Part shown: in pieces, positions 18,109-27,316 of the stretch
Layout: each line of letters begins with the position of its first letter
Position numbering within the stretch: position 1 is the stretch's first letter
NCBI GenBank assembly: GCA_021325025.1
Contig: JAJPHZ010000007.1
Coordinates: forward strand, 190-64,189
DNA: 64,000 bases
Reading direction: 5' to 3'
Origin: Pseudomonadota bacterium
GTDB taxonomy: Bacteria > Desulfobacterota > Binatia > Binatales > Binataceae
Position numbers and translations under genes: made by a program
The notes under the pieces: generated by a model
Told to the model about the DNA's origin: nothing
Databases searched by the model: none
The model's input: only the letters and a program-made list of their open reading frames with translations

Positions 18109-18681
18109 ATGCCAGGAATGATTCGAGAATCCAAGAAATCCAAAGGACTGATCCGCGCCCTCAACCGCGCTGCGGTGCGCGACGACAAAAGCCCCGCCGT
18201 CGTGCGCAAGGCGCGGGTCCCCAAAGATCCGTCGATTTGTGAGCGCTGCGGCGCGATTTATGAACGCAAGACATGGCGCAGCGACCGCAAGGTGACCGAG
18301 CAACTCGCCAAGGCGGCGGATTGGACGGTCTGTCCGGCCTGCGAGCAGGTCAGCCGACAGGAAGGTCAGGGCCGCGTGATACTGTTGGGCTCTGGGGTCG
18401 CCGCCAACCGCGACTTGATTCGCCGCCGCATGGACAACGTCGCCAAACGCGCCGCCGCGACTCAGCCCGAACGGCGCATCACTTCCGTGGACGAACTGGG
18501 GCCCACCGGCGAAGAGGGGCTCGAAGTGCTGACCACCTCGCAAAAGCTGGCCCATCGCATCGTGCATGAATTGAGGAAACTGTTCGGGGGCAGTGCCACT
18601 TATAGCTGGCAGGACGACGGCACGTTGTACGCCGAATGGCGCTACGATCTGCCCAAGCCAAAGGCCAAAAAGCGCGCCTAG
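18109..18681 (+). CDS. BCAM0308-family protein (NMD3-like Zn-binding)
   Basis: CERCGAIY...W, VCPAC, ERRI, EVLTTSQKLAHRI, final W motif. Confidence 0.75.
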   Translation: MPGMIRESKKSKGLIRALNRAAVRDDKSPAVVRKARVPKDPSICERCGAIYERKTWRSDRKVTEQLAKAADWTVCPACEQVSRQEGQGRVILLGSGVAANRDLIRRRMDNVAKRAAATQPERRITSVDELGPTGEEGLEVLTTSQKLAHRIVHELRKLFGGSATYSWQDDGTLYAEWRYDLPKPKAKKRA

Positions 18682-18795
18682 CAGAAGGCGAACATAACGA
18701 GCCGGGACCTTAGGTCAGATGCGTGCGTTCCGTACTGTAAAAGACGGCCGCTTGCCTTAAATTCTCCCCTTCCAGGAGATATTAGAACGAGGCGA

Positions 18796-18838
18796 GCAGG
18801 TTGCGGAAAATCCTTTTTCCGCAACCTGCCGGTTTTTC
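18796..18838 (+). terminator. Perfect 15-bp hairpin with downstream T-run, between convergent genes
   Basis: GCAGGTTGCGGAAAA(18796-18810)-TCCT-TTTTCCGCAACCTGC(18815-18829) followed by CGGTTTTT. Confidence 0.6.
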
Positions 18839-18942
18839 AACCCACCAAAGCGGCAACGTCTGGATGCGAGGCACCTGCCTGGCGACCGGGCCTGCTGCGT
18901 CATCTTGCGGCCGACCGTTTGAGAGGCGGCAAGTGCCGAGGG

Positions 18943-19191
18943 CTATTCTTCTTCCTCCTCCTCTTCGTAATCTTCATCGATACCTTCGGCGGCGTCGAGC
19001 AGTTCCACGATTTCCTCCAGGCTTTCGGACACCATAACGCTCTCCTCCGCTCCGAAATGGAGCACGCTGCCCGTTCCGTCAGCGTCGTAGGGCTCCATCC
19101 ACAGCGCCCGCTCCAGGTTCACCAGGCCGGCCCGGCCCTCGGAATCCGGATCGGCGAGGTCCTTAAGTGTGAGTTGCACCCACAAGCTCAT
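18943..19191 (-). CDS. Small acidic protein, FlbD/SwrD-like pattern with poly-Glu tail
   Basis: AAGGAG RBS; WVQLT..VNLE....SVLHF..E.VMVSESLEEIVELL resembles the FlbD pattern; ends DEDYEEEEEEE. Confidence 0.6.
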   Translation of the reverse strand: MSLWVQLTLKDLADPDSEGRAGLVNLERALWMEPYDADGTGSVLHFGAEESVMVSESLEEIVELLDAAEGIDEDYEEEEEEE

Positions 19192-19436
19192 TTATCATCT
19201 CCTTGTGCTTATCTTTTTTGACCGAATTTCCTCACGACCCGGCGGCTAGTCCGTGGCGCCCGAGTAGCACGTGCCCGGTGAGCTGAACCGCCCAACCCAA
19301 TAATGCATCAGCCGTGCCCGCTTCGCGTCCGCAATCGGGCGCGGCGCACGACCCTTCTATCCTGACTGGACCAGCGCGCGGTTGCCAGTGGTCGCCGATC
19401 GGTGCTTTGCTGCGTCAGCCACATTGGACGGCCGAC

Positions 19437-20462
19437 ATGAAATTCGGAATCCTCTACAACATCGACTACCATCCCGAGGTGCATGGCTCCTCGGCCAGCT
19501 ACTATGCCCTGATTCTCGAGCAGATTCAGCTCCTGGAGGAATTGGGCTATGACTCCGCGTGGTTTGGTGAGCACCATTATGCGGGCTATTCTTTCGGGGC
19601 GCCGGCGGTAATTGCCACCGCGGCGGCGGGGAAAACCACCCGTCTGCGGCTGGGGACCGGGGTGTCGCTGGTGCCGCTGCACAATCCGCTGCGGCTGGCC
19701 GAGGAATACGCGATGCTCGACGTGCTGAGCAACGGCCGCTTGGAGTATGGCGTCGGACGCGGGTTCCTCAATTATGCCTATCAGCTCATGGGTGTGAATC
19801 GCTCCGAAAGCTTCGAGCGCTTCCGCGAGGGGACCGATCTGATAATTGCGGCGTGGACCGCGCAGCGCCCGTTTTCATTCCACGGCAAGTTCTGGCATCT
19901 CGACGACTATCAATTCTTTCCGCCGCCGGTGCAAAAGCCGCATCCGCCGATTTACGCGTCGGGCACCAACACCCGCGAAAGCTACGTTTACGCCGCGATG
20001 CGCGGACTTCACCTGTGCACCGCCTTCTTCATCCCGGACAAGGAAGGCGTGCGCGCCAACATCGCGCTGTATCGTAAAACTCTGGCTGAGGCCGGATACG
20101 ATCCCGCGGCGCGCGACGTAGCCGGCGTCTTTCCCATGTATTGCGGCGAGTCTCAGGCCCAGTCGATGCGCCATGGCGGCGAATTTACCTTGAACTATTT
20201 CAAGTTCTTCGGCTCGCTGGAGCGCGGTACGGATCCGACTACCGCGCGGGGGTTCGGCCACAAACCGATCGAATTTTACGATGAGCGCGGCCTCGTCCTG
20301 CTCGGCGATCCCGATTACTTGATCAAGAGAATCAAGTGGGCGGCGGAATATTACGACACCAATTACCTGCTGTTTGAAGTGGCTCAGGGTGGCGCGTCGC
20401 ACCAGGAGACGCTCCAATCGCTGCGCCGCTTCGCCCGTGAGGTCATGCCTGCCTTCAAGTAG
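19437..20462 (+). CDS. LLM class flavin-dependent oxidoreductase
   Basis: EELGYDSAWFGEHH, PLHNPLRLAEEYAMLDVLSNGRLEYGVGRG, PVQKPHPPIY. Confidence 0.92.
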   Translation: MKFGILYNIDYHPEVHGSSASYYALILEQIQLLEELGYDSAWFGEHHYAGYSFGAPAVIATAAAGKTTRLRLGTGVSLVPLHNPLRLAEEYAMLDVLSNGRLEYGVGRGFLNYAYQLMGVNRSESFERFREGTDLIIAAWTAQRPFSFHGKFWHLDDYQFFPPPVQKPHPPIYASGTNTRESYVYAAMRGLHLCTAFFIPDKEGVRANIALYRKTLAEAGYDPAARDVAGVFPMYCGESQAQSMRHGGEFTLNYFKFFGSLERGTDPTTARGFGHKPIEFYDERGLVLLGDPDYLIKRIKWAAEYYDTNYLLFEVAQGGASHQETLQSLRRFAREVMPAFK

Positions 20463-20737
20463 AACCGGCGGTTCTCAGGTATGGGCTTGCATGATCGAGT
20501 TACTGCGTGGCCAGGCTCCGGCACACGAGCAGCCGGGATTGAGCCGGCCAATCGCACGGTCGTAGGCTGTGCGTGCCGCCTGGGCCTCCTCATCGTCGGC
20601 GGGGATTTCAGTGAAGGTGGCGGTGGCGGCCAATAGCAGGTACGGATCGCCGCTATTCATCCATCGGTATGCATCCGCAAGCCCGGCGGTTGGGTTGCGC
20701 TCGATCACCGCAGGATTTTGGCTTTTACGCGCCGCCC

Positions 20738-23206
20738 TTAGAACACTACCGTAACGGTTCCCAGCGACGCGGGCAGCCCTGACACTTCGATGATTCCGCC
20801 CTGGCCGTCGCTCAGGATGATGGAACCCTGCGCGAGGTTTTGCATCGAATTCAGCGTCGGCCGCAAACCATTGCCACCGCTCGAGCCGCAGCCTGTGGTC
20901 CACAGCGTGGCGGCCGCGATCAGGAAAATGACGGCTGGAGAAAGGGTGAGGGGCCGGCCCGCCAGTGCAACTGCAAGCAGAATGAACGCCCCGATCAGGG
21001 CGGCATACAGCGGCAGGGTGGATTGCGGCCAACTCCCGCTGCTGTCGCTCGGCGACCGGGTCAGTGCTGCTCCCGGCGGTATGGTGGCGGCGGCGGTGGC
21101 CTCCAGGTTGAGAGTGGCAGTGGCACCTGAAGGAATTGCCAACGGCGCGCCAAGGGCGAATACGGTGGTAGCCGCCGGTACTACCGCAACCGGGGCGAAG
21201 CTTGCGCCGCCCGCGGCGCCGCTCAGCGTCAGCTTGGAAAAAATATTGGGCGCCGTTAGTGTCACGGTCACCGAATCGAGCGACAGCGTCACCGCCGTCG
21301 TGTTGGTGACGGTGAAGCTTCCCGCGTGCGCAGTAGCGGTGGGAACAATCCTGGCCGTGGACGGCGACGCCGCCGCACTCGCGCCGGGAAAGGCTGCGAC
21401 CAGTTTGGCAAAATCGGGCGTCCCCCAGCCGCTGGCGAGATCGAAGCCGGGGCCGGCCTTGTAGCCCATTATGCCGTTGTCATCGTTGTTGCCGACCGTG
21501 ATGTCGTGCAATCCGAAATCCAAATTGCGCAAGTTCCCCAATTCATACAAACGCGGATTGATATTACCCAGCCGTGCCACGCCCTGGGACTGCGCGATAA
21601 GCCGGCTCAGCCCCGCCCACATCGGGCTGGCGATGGAGGTCCCGCCTGCAGGAGCAAAGCACACCTTGTCCATGTTCTTGTCATTGCAATGTTCGAGCGT
21701 GGCTGGACGGGTGCATGGCAGTGCCCGGCAGTTGGCGATGAGAAACCCGGGCGCGTTGCCGCTTGCGCCCAGGGCGATATCGGGCACGTCCCGTACACCG
21801 TCGTCGGGCACGCCGAAACCCTTCTGCCACAGTGGTTTGGCAAACAATGTGCTCTTGCCGCCGCTGCCCGCATCCTTGACCGGGCAATGGTCTGGCCCCG
21901 CCTGGCCATCATTCCAGACCGTTTTCAGATTGTCGCTAATTACGCTGGTGTCGTTGCCGGCCTTGTCGTAGACCGGGTCGAACATGGTGCCGCCCACCGA
22001 CGTCAGATAAGGGCTCGAACTTTCCTCGTCCACGCTGGGTTGCGAAAAGGTTGCGCCCTTGGGCAGGCCGCATTTGCATTGGTCGACACGCGGTTCGGTC
22101 GGCACCGCTTTGCCGCACGGCCAGTTGGCACCGAAATCGCCTGCCGCGTGGAACACGGTCTGGCCCTGCACGACCGCCTGGAGCAGCGTCGAGTTGTAGG
22201 CCAGGATGCTCGGAACGTCGGTGCATTGTATTGAAATCGAAGCGGTTATCACCCCGCATCGATTGTCCGCTACCGCTTGAGCAACGTCGTCAAAAAAATT
22301 GCCGAGATAGAAATAGATTGGTGTATTGGGAGCGACTGCATGGGCCCACTCGGCGTCGAGGTACGCCTCGCCATGACCGCTCAGGCCGGGATTGGTCCCA
22401 TTGACCAGAACCCGCGTCAGTATAATCGGCGGCAGGCCAAACTGGTCGTCGAAGGCAGCCAGAGCATTGTCGTTGACATCGCTGTTTTCCGCCATCGCTA
22501 TACAATCCGGAGTACCGGTGCCGCGGTTGCCGCCCGAAATAAGTGGCTTCACATCGTAGAATGTGTAGAGGTCGGGCGGTCCAAAGGCGGTTCCCACACC
22601 CGCAAGTGTAACGTCAGGAACAGGTCGCGCACCCTCAGCGGACGCCTGCTGGAATCTGCTCAAGCCTAAAATCGCCTGGATGACAGAGGCCAAATCGGCC
22701 GGCATTACGGGATCGTCCCGATTGGCATAACTGCTCCCGTCGCCAACGAGCACCGTCTGAAACGCGCGCTCCACAGTGTCGACATCGCCGCTGAAGTCAA
22801 TGCTGCGTTTACGGATGTCGCTGGCCGTCACCTGTAATCCCTGGCTGCGAAGCCATCCCGCCACCGCTTTCATCTGCGCCGGTGTGGGACCAAAACGGCT
22901 GACGAACTCCTCCGTCGTCAGCCATCGATGGTAACTGGGCGAATCGCGATTCTGCAGGTTGGCTTCCAGCTTCGTCAATTGATCAATATTGCGCAGCGTC
23001 AGGATCGCCCGCAGATGGAGGACCTGATTCGCGGCAAGCGGCTGCCAATCATCGGGAACATAGGCCGGATGGTTGTTGAGGATTGGCGTGCCACCCCCAG
23101 CGGACGCGCTACAGCGCAACGCACCAGCATATATCAGCGCCAGAGCGATCCCGACCGCCACGGCGGTCAGCCTGCGTATCGCAAACCAGGAATTGTCAAT
23201 GCGCAT
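20738..23206 (-). CDS. Secreted S53 (sedolisin/kumamolisin) peptidase with pro-domain and C-terminal membrane module
   Basis: Signal peptide; pro-kumamolisin domain (SPSYHRWLTTEEFVSRFGP); catalytic GEAYLD (Glu/Asp), AAGDFG (oxyanion Asp), GGTS (Ser); Ca site DITVGNN..GPGFD..SGWGTP. Confidence 0.92.
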   Translation of the reverse strand: MRIDNSWFAIRRLTAVAVGIALALIYAGALRCSASAGGGTPILNNHPAYVPDDWQPLAANQVLHLRAILTLRNIDQLTKLEANLQNRDSPSYHRWLTTEEFVSRFGPTPAQMKAVAGWLRSQGLQVTASDIRKRSIDFSGDVDTVERAFQTVLVGDGSSYANRDDPVMPADLASVIQAILGLSRFQQASAEGARPVPDVTLAGVGTAFGPPDLYTFYDVKPLISGGNRGTGTPDCIAMAENSDVNDNALAAFDDQFGLPPIILTRVLVNGTNPGLSGHGEAYLDAEWAHAVAPNTPIYFYLGNFFDDVAQAVADNRCGVITASISIQCTDVPSILAYNSTLLQAVVQGQTVFHAAGDFGANWPCGKAVPTEPRVDQCKCGLPKGATFSQPSVDEESSSPYLTSVGGTMFDPVYDKAGNDTSVISDNLKTVWNDGQAGPDHCPVKDAGSGGKSTLFAKPLWQKGFGVPDDGVRDVPDIALGASGNAPGFLIANCRALPCTRPATLEHCNDKNMDKVCFAPAGGTSIASPMWAGLSRLIAQSQGVARLGNINPRLYELGNLRNLDFGLHDITVGNNDDNGIMGYKAGPGFDLASGWGTPDFAKLVAAFPGASAAASPSTARIVPTATAHAGSFTVTNTTAVTLSLDSVTVTLTAPNIFSKLTLSGAAGGASFAPVAVVPAATTVFALGAPLAIPSGATATLNLEATAAATIPPGAALTRSPSDSSGSWPQSTLPLYAALIGAFILLAVALAGRPLTLSPAVIFLIAAATLWTTGCGSSGGNGLRPTLNSMQNLAQGSIILSDGQGGIIEVSGLPASLGTVTVVF

Positions 23207-23556
23207 CGTACTCCTGCAAAATGCGGCGTTCAGAATATGTGCGGCAGAGAGATTAGCGGGAGCTTACGACATTATTTGATTTCACTCCGATCCCCTTTGT
23301 TGGGCGTTCATTTCTAACGACATAGCTGGGTGAGTCAATGGCGAAAAACGGGCACGAATGACAGGCTGAGGCTGCGACGCGAATGTCCATTTACTACGTT
23401 CGCGACGATCCTTTCAGGCAAGTGCCTTGGGCACGCTTGTTGCGTTGTAGGTGCGGGCGCGCGTTACACGCGCAAAGGGCGGTACGATTGCGACCCGCTA
23501 ATGTTTTTCGCTTGCCATAGGAGGAGAAGGCATCGCGCAGCGCGCGATGCGCGACA

Positions 23557-25896
23557 ATGGCCGCCTTACTTTCAGATCCGACGCGTCGTGTTTCCATCAG
23601 CGCCATCGAGACCATGCCAATCGTGGCGTTCCCGCTCACGATCTTCCTGGGGGCCTTCCTGCTGTTCGCAGTCGAGCCGATGATGGGCAAGGTCCTGCTG
23701 CCGTGGTTCGGCGGGGCGCCGTCGGTCTGGACGACCTGCATGCTTTTCTTCCAATTGCTGTTACTGGGTGGGTATGCCTACGCGCATGTGATCGCCACCG
23801 CCTTGCCTCCCCGCGCGCAGGCGAGTTTGCACCTGATGCTGGCGGCGCTCTGTATGGCGTCGATGACGGCTGCCGCGATAGTGTGGCGCTCACCCCTGAT
23901 ACCTCCGGCCGACTGGAAACCGGCGAGTCCCGAGTATCCCGCCCTGGGCATCCTGGCAATTCTGTTTACGGCGGCCGGATTGCCATATTTCACCCTGTCG
24001 GCGACCGCTTCGCTGCTGCAGCAGTGGTTCGCCGCCAGCCGCGCCGGCCGCTCGCCGTACCGTCTCTATGCACTGTCGAATCTTGGCTCGATGCTTGGAC
24101 TGGCCGCTTACCCGTTCCTCCTCGAACCCAGCCTCAACCTGCATCAACAGGCAATGCTCTGGTACTGGCTTTATGTCCTCTTCGCCTTGGGGCTTGCCTT
24201 GTCGGCGCTGTCATTGTGCGGTGGTGGCGCAGTCCCGGTAGCGCGCGCCGCAGCCTCAAGCCCTCAACCGCCGATCGAACTGGGCACCCAGTTGATGTGG
24301 GTTGCCCTGGCGGGGTGCGCCTCATTGATGTTTTTAGCGGTTACCAATCAGCTTTGCCAGGACATCGCCGCAGTTCCGTTCTTGTGGGTGTTGCCCCTGG
24401 GAATCTACCTGCTGTCGTTCGTCGTCTGCTTCGGCAATGAAAGTTGGTATCGGCGGGCAATTTTCAATCCCGCGCTGGCTGTTGCGATCGTCGCGTCGTG
24501 CGCCATCCTCTACCGCCCGTATACCGAAATCGTTTGGCAGGCCGTAATCTATTCGTTGCTGGTCGGTTCCTCATGCACGGTGTGTCACGGCGAGTTGGTC
24601 AGGCTCAAACCCGCACGTGGTGCCCTGACTCGATTCTATCTGATGGTCTCCGCCGGCGGAGCGCTGGGCGGATTGCTCAGTGCGGTACTGGCTCCGTGGC
24701 TGTTCCGTGGATACTGGGAACTGCATATTGCTATCTGGGGATGCGCCGCGCTGCTGTTCGTGGCATTGATGCGCGACCCTGCTTCGTGGCTTCATCAACC
24801 ACGCCCCATCCTCGCGATTGGGCTGCTCGCCGGCGCGCTGGCGCTGCCGGAACTAATATTGGCTGCGGCCGGCAACCTGACCTCCGCGCTATATTACAAT
24901 CTGACCGCGGGCTGGGCACTGATGGTGGTGGTTGGCGCGATACTGGCACGGCGCGACCGCAGGCGGACCGAGCAAAAGCGCGGCTTTGCGCCGGTGGCCG
25001 CCGCCGCGGTACTGCTGATGGTAGCCAGTGTGCTGCTGTCCAGTATTACCGCCAAACTCAACAACAGTCTGATTTCGATACGCAACTTTTACGGCGCCGC
25101 GGCGGTGATCGAGCGCGATGCTGCCGATCCCGCCTGGCATGCGTTTGTGCTGCGCCACGGCAGTATCGTGCACGGTGTCCAATATTCCGAGCCCGACAAG
25201 CGGCGCCAGCCCACGGCCTATTTCGGTCCAACCAGCGGTATAGGCCTGCTCATGCTCCACCATCCGCGGCGCATTTCGGTGGACCCGCGCGTGCGGACGG
25301 TGCGCGTTGGAGTGGTTGGTTTGGGCATCGGCACCATCGCCACCTACGGACGTCCCGGCGACTATATTCGCTTTTACGAAATCAATCCCGCGATTATCCA
25401 TCTTGCCACCGCGCGCAACGGTTACTTCAGCTACGTGCGCGACTCCCAGGCGCGGGTTGACATCGTGGCGGGCGACGCGCGTCTTTCAATGGAACGGGAG
25501 GTTAGGGATCAAAACGCACAGCGCTTCGACATCCTGGTGATCGACGCGTTCAGCGGGGACGCCATACCGGTTCATCTTCTGACCATCCAGGCCTTTGCTC
25601 TTTACCTCAGGGAGTTGAATCCCGACGGAGTCCTGGCACTGCACATCAGCAACAACCATCTCGATCTGAGGCCGGTGGCCGCGCGTCTGGCGAATCATTT
25701 CGGTCTACGCGGTGGATGGATTCACAGCGTGGCCGCGGACAGGATGACTCAACCCAGCGACTGGGTCGTGCTTGCGCGCGGCGCCAGTGTGCTGGCGCAG
25801 CCGGCCATCGCTTCGCAGTTAAGGCCGCTTGCGAGCGATGCGACTGTGGGTTTGTGGAGCGACGATTACAGCAACCTGTTCCGGATTCTGCGTTGA
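23557..25896 (+). CDS. Fused membrane domain / spermidine synthase-like SAM-dependent protein
   Basis: LLPWFGG...VWTTCMLFFQ, PYRLYALSNLGS, CHGEL; C-terminal VGVVGLGIG, EINP, GDAR, DAFSGDAIPVHL; start may be ATG 23614. Confidence 0.88.
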   Translation: MAALLSDPTRRVSISAIETMPIVAFPLTIFLGAFLLFAVEPMMGKVLLPWFGGAPSVWTTCMLFFQLLLLGGYAYAHVIATALPPRAQASLHLMLAALCMASMTAAAIVWRSPLIPPADWKPASPEYPALGILAILFTAAGLPYFTLSATASLLQQWFAASRAGRSPYRLYALSNLGSMLGLAAYPFLLEPSLNLHQQAMLWYWLYVLFALGLALSALSLCGGGAVPVARAAASSPQPPIELGTQLMWVALAGCASLMFLAVTNQLCQDIAAVPFLWVLPLGIYLLSFVVCFGNESWYRRAIFNPALAVAIVASCAILYRPYTEIVWQAVIYSLLVGSSCTVCHGELVRLKPARGALTRFYLMVSAGGALGGLLSAVLAPWLFRGYWELHIAIWGCAALLFVALMRDPASWLHQPRPILAIGLLAGALALPELILAAAGNLTSALYYNLTAGWALMVVVGAILARRDRRRTEQKRGFAPVAAAAVLLMVASVLLSSITAKLNNSLISIRNFYGAAAVIERDAADPAWHAFVLRHGSIVHGVQYSEPDKRRQPTAYFGPTSGIGLLMLHHPRRISVDPRVRTVRVGVVGLGIGTIATYGRPGDYIRFYEINPAIIHLATARNGYFSYVRDSQARVDIVAGDARLSMEREVRDQNAQRFDILVIDAFSGDAIPVHLLTIQAFALYLRELNPDGVLALHISNNHLDLRPVAARLANHFGLRGGWIHSVAADRMTQPSDWVVLARGASVLAQPAIASQLRPLASDATVGLWSDDYSNLFRILR

Positions 25897-25904
25897 CGGC
25901 GAGG

Positions 25905-26681
25905 CTAGAAGTCGAGCGGAAGCTGCAGATATTCCCGGTAGATGAAGTCACGATGCGCCAGCAGCGCTGGCGTCAGTTCGGCCGCCACTTCGGCCCCGAT
26001 ATCGCTGTACATCCGCCGCAGCCCCGGCGCCATCGGGCATACTTCCTGCGGCAGCGGCGCCATCATCGCGGCGAAAGCCGCCCAGTATATATCGAGTGCG
26101 GAAAGCTCATTGCCGATGAAAAAGCGGCTGCCCGACGAGCGTTGGCTTTCCAGCCGCCGGGCCAGGGATCTCAGAATCTCAGCCACCCTGACCGGCGCCT
26201 GCTGTGCGGCGCTTTCGCTGTAGCCATACTTCTCCGCCATCGGGCCCATCAGCGCGCGTCCTCTGCCGCCGCCGTCGGATCGGCTCAAATTGCGTTGAAA
26301 CATCATCAGACGCCGCGCCCAGCCCAGACCGTTCTCACCGCAGATTTCGTTGCTGTAACCGAACATTGCGACTCGATCCTCGATCCCCTCCGGGATGAGC
26401 CGCGGTGAGGGTGCCAGGCGCTCGAACAGATAGAGTTGATCATTCCATATATTGCGCGGGCGCTCATCATTCCAGATGACCGCTGGAGCGCTGGTCTGCG
26501 CGGTCCACTCCATCAGCTCGCGGTTGGCGCCGCCCACTTCCTGTGCAACCGGCACGTAGGAAAGCTTCTTTACATAGCAGATGCTTTTGGCCGCTTCGCT
26601 CCATGGACCCGGACCGCCGGGCGAAAGCACGATCCTCAAGCCTGGCATCGTTCTGGCCTGCGCAACATCGACGTAGTTCAT
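25905..26681 (-). CDS. Glutathione S-transferase-like protein
   Basis: PGPWSEAAK N-terminal motif, QTSAP, FFIGNELSALDIYW C-terminal GST N-capping box. Confidence 0.7.
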   Translation of the reverse strand: MNYVDVAQARTMPGLRIVLSPGGPGPWSEAAKSICYVKKLSYVPVAQEVGGANRELMEWTAQTSAPAVIWNDERPRNIWNDQLYLFERLAPSPRLIPEGIEDRVAMFGYSNEICGENGLGWARRLMMFQRNLSRSDGGGRGRALMGPMAEKYGYSESAAQQAPVRVAEILRSLARRLESQRSSGSRFFIGNELSALDIYWAAFAAMMAPLPQEVCPMAPGLRRMYSDIGAEVAAELTPALLAHRDFIYREYLQLPLDF

Positions 26682-26768
26682 GACACCGGCTATACCCTCT
26701 CTGCCACTACGATGTTACTGGCACAGACACAAGCCCGGCACAAGCGGCCGTCGCGGCCGGCCGCTCAC

Positions 26769-27140
26769 TCAGGCGCGCTCGTATACACCGCGCTCCTTGC
26801 GCTTGACCGCACCCGAATCGATCCAGCGCGTGATGGCAGCGAAGATTTCGCCCGAGCCCTTGTTGGCCAGACCGCGCACGCTGCGCACGTCGGAGGCTTT
26901 GAACCGCTTGGGCAGCTTTTCCAACACCGCGCGCCAGTTGGTACGCCCGCCGCGCGCCGGACCGCCATCGGTGGCTGCTCTGCCTTCCCCGGCTACCAGC
27001 AGAAGTTGCTCTTCCTGCTTGCGGAGAGTACTCAGCTCCGATTCGAGACTGCGGATGTCGGCCCGCAACTTGTTCAACGCACTGACAGCCTGACGGCGTA
27101 CATGTTCATAAGCTGAAGCTGAACTTGCTTGTCGGGGCAT
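26769..27140 (-). CDS. Small basic coiled-coil + winged-helix-like putative DNA-binding protein
   Basis: GGAGG RBS; heptad helix LNKLRADIRSLESELSTLRKQEEQL, Gly/Arg linker, C-terminal AITRWIDSGAVKRKERGVY. Confidence 0.7.
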   Translation of the reverse strand: MPRQASSASAYEHVRRQAVSALNKLRADIRSLESELSTLRKQEEQLLLVAGEGRAATDGGPARGGRTNWRAVLEKLPKRFKASDVRSVRGLANKGSGEIFAAITRWIDSGAVKRKERGVYERA

Positions 27141-27161
27141 ATGAAAATTTCCTCCGCTACC

Positions 27162-27310
27162 AATTGAGTATCCGCATATGGACCCGAAAAAGCAATCCGA
27201 TCGCTATTGTTGAGTCAAGGGCGAGCCGGCGCGAAATATGGCATGTCCGAGAACGGTCAATTTGGCGAATCTATACGGAAAAATTGAGTTAAATGAACAT
27301 ATAATTGAGT
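27162..27310. promoter_or_regulatory. AT-rich region with repeated AATTGAGT boxes
   Basis: AATTGAGT at 27162, 27282, 27303 and variant TGTTGAGT at 27208. Confidence 0.5.
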
Positions 27311-27316
27311 CCGGAT

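Noticed and set aside
19192-19436. Possible riboswitch/ncRNA upstream of the LLM gene
   Set aside because: No recognisable FMN, TPP, cobalamin or SAM consensus by eye; would need an Rfam scan.
20475-20708. Protein-like minus-strand reading (VIERNP...DDEEAQAARTAYDRAIGRLNPG) after the sedolisin
   Set aside because: No RBS and no recognisable family; could be a gene remnant but unsupported.
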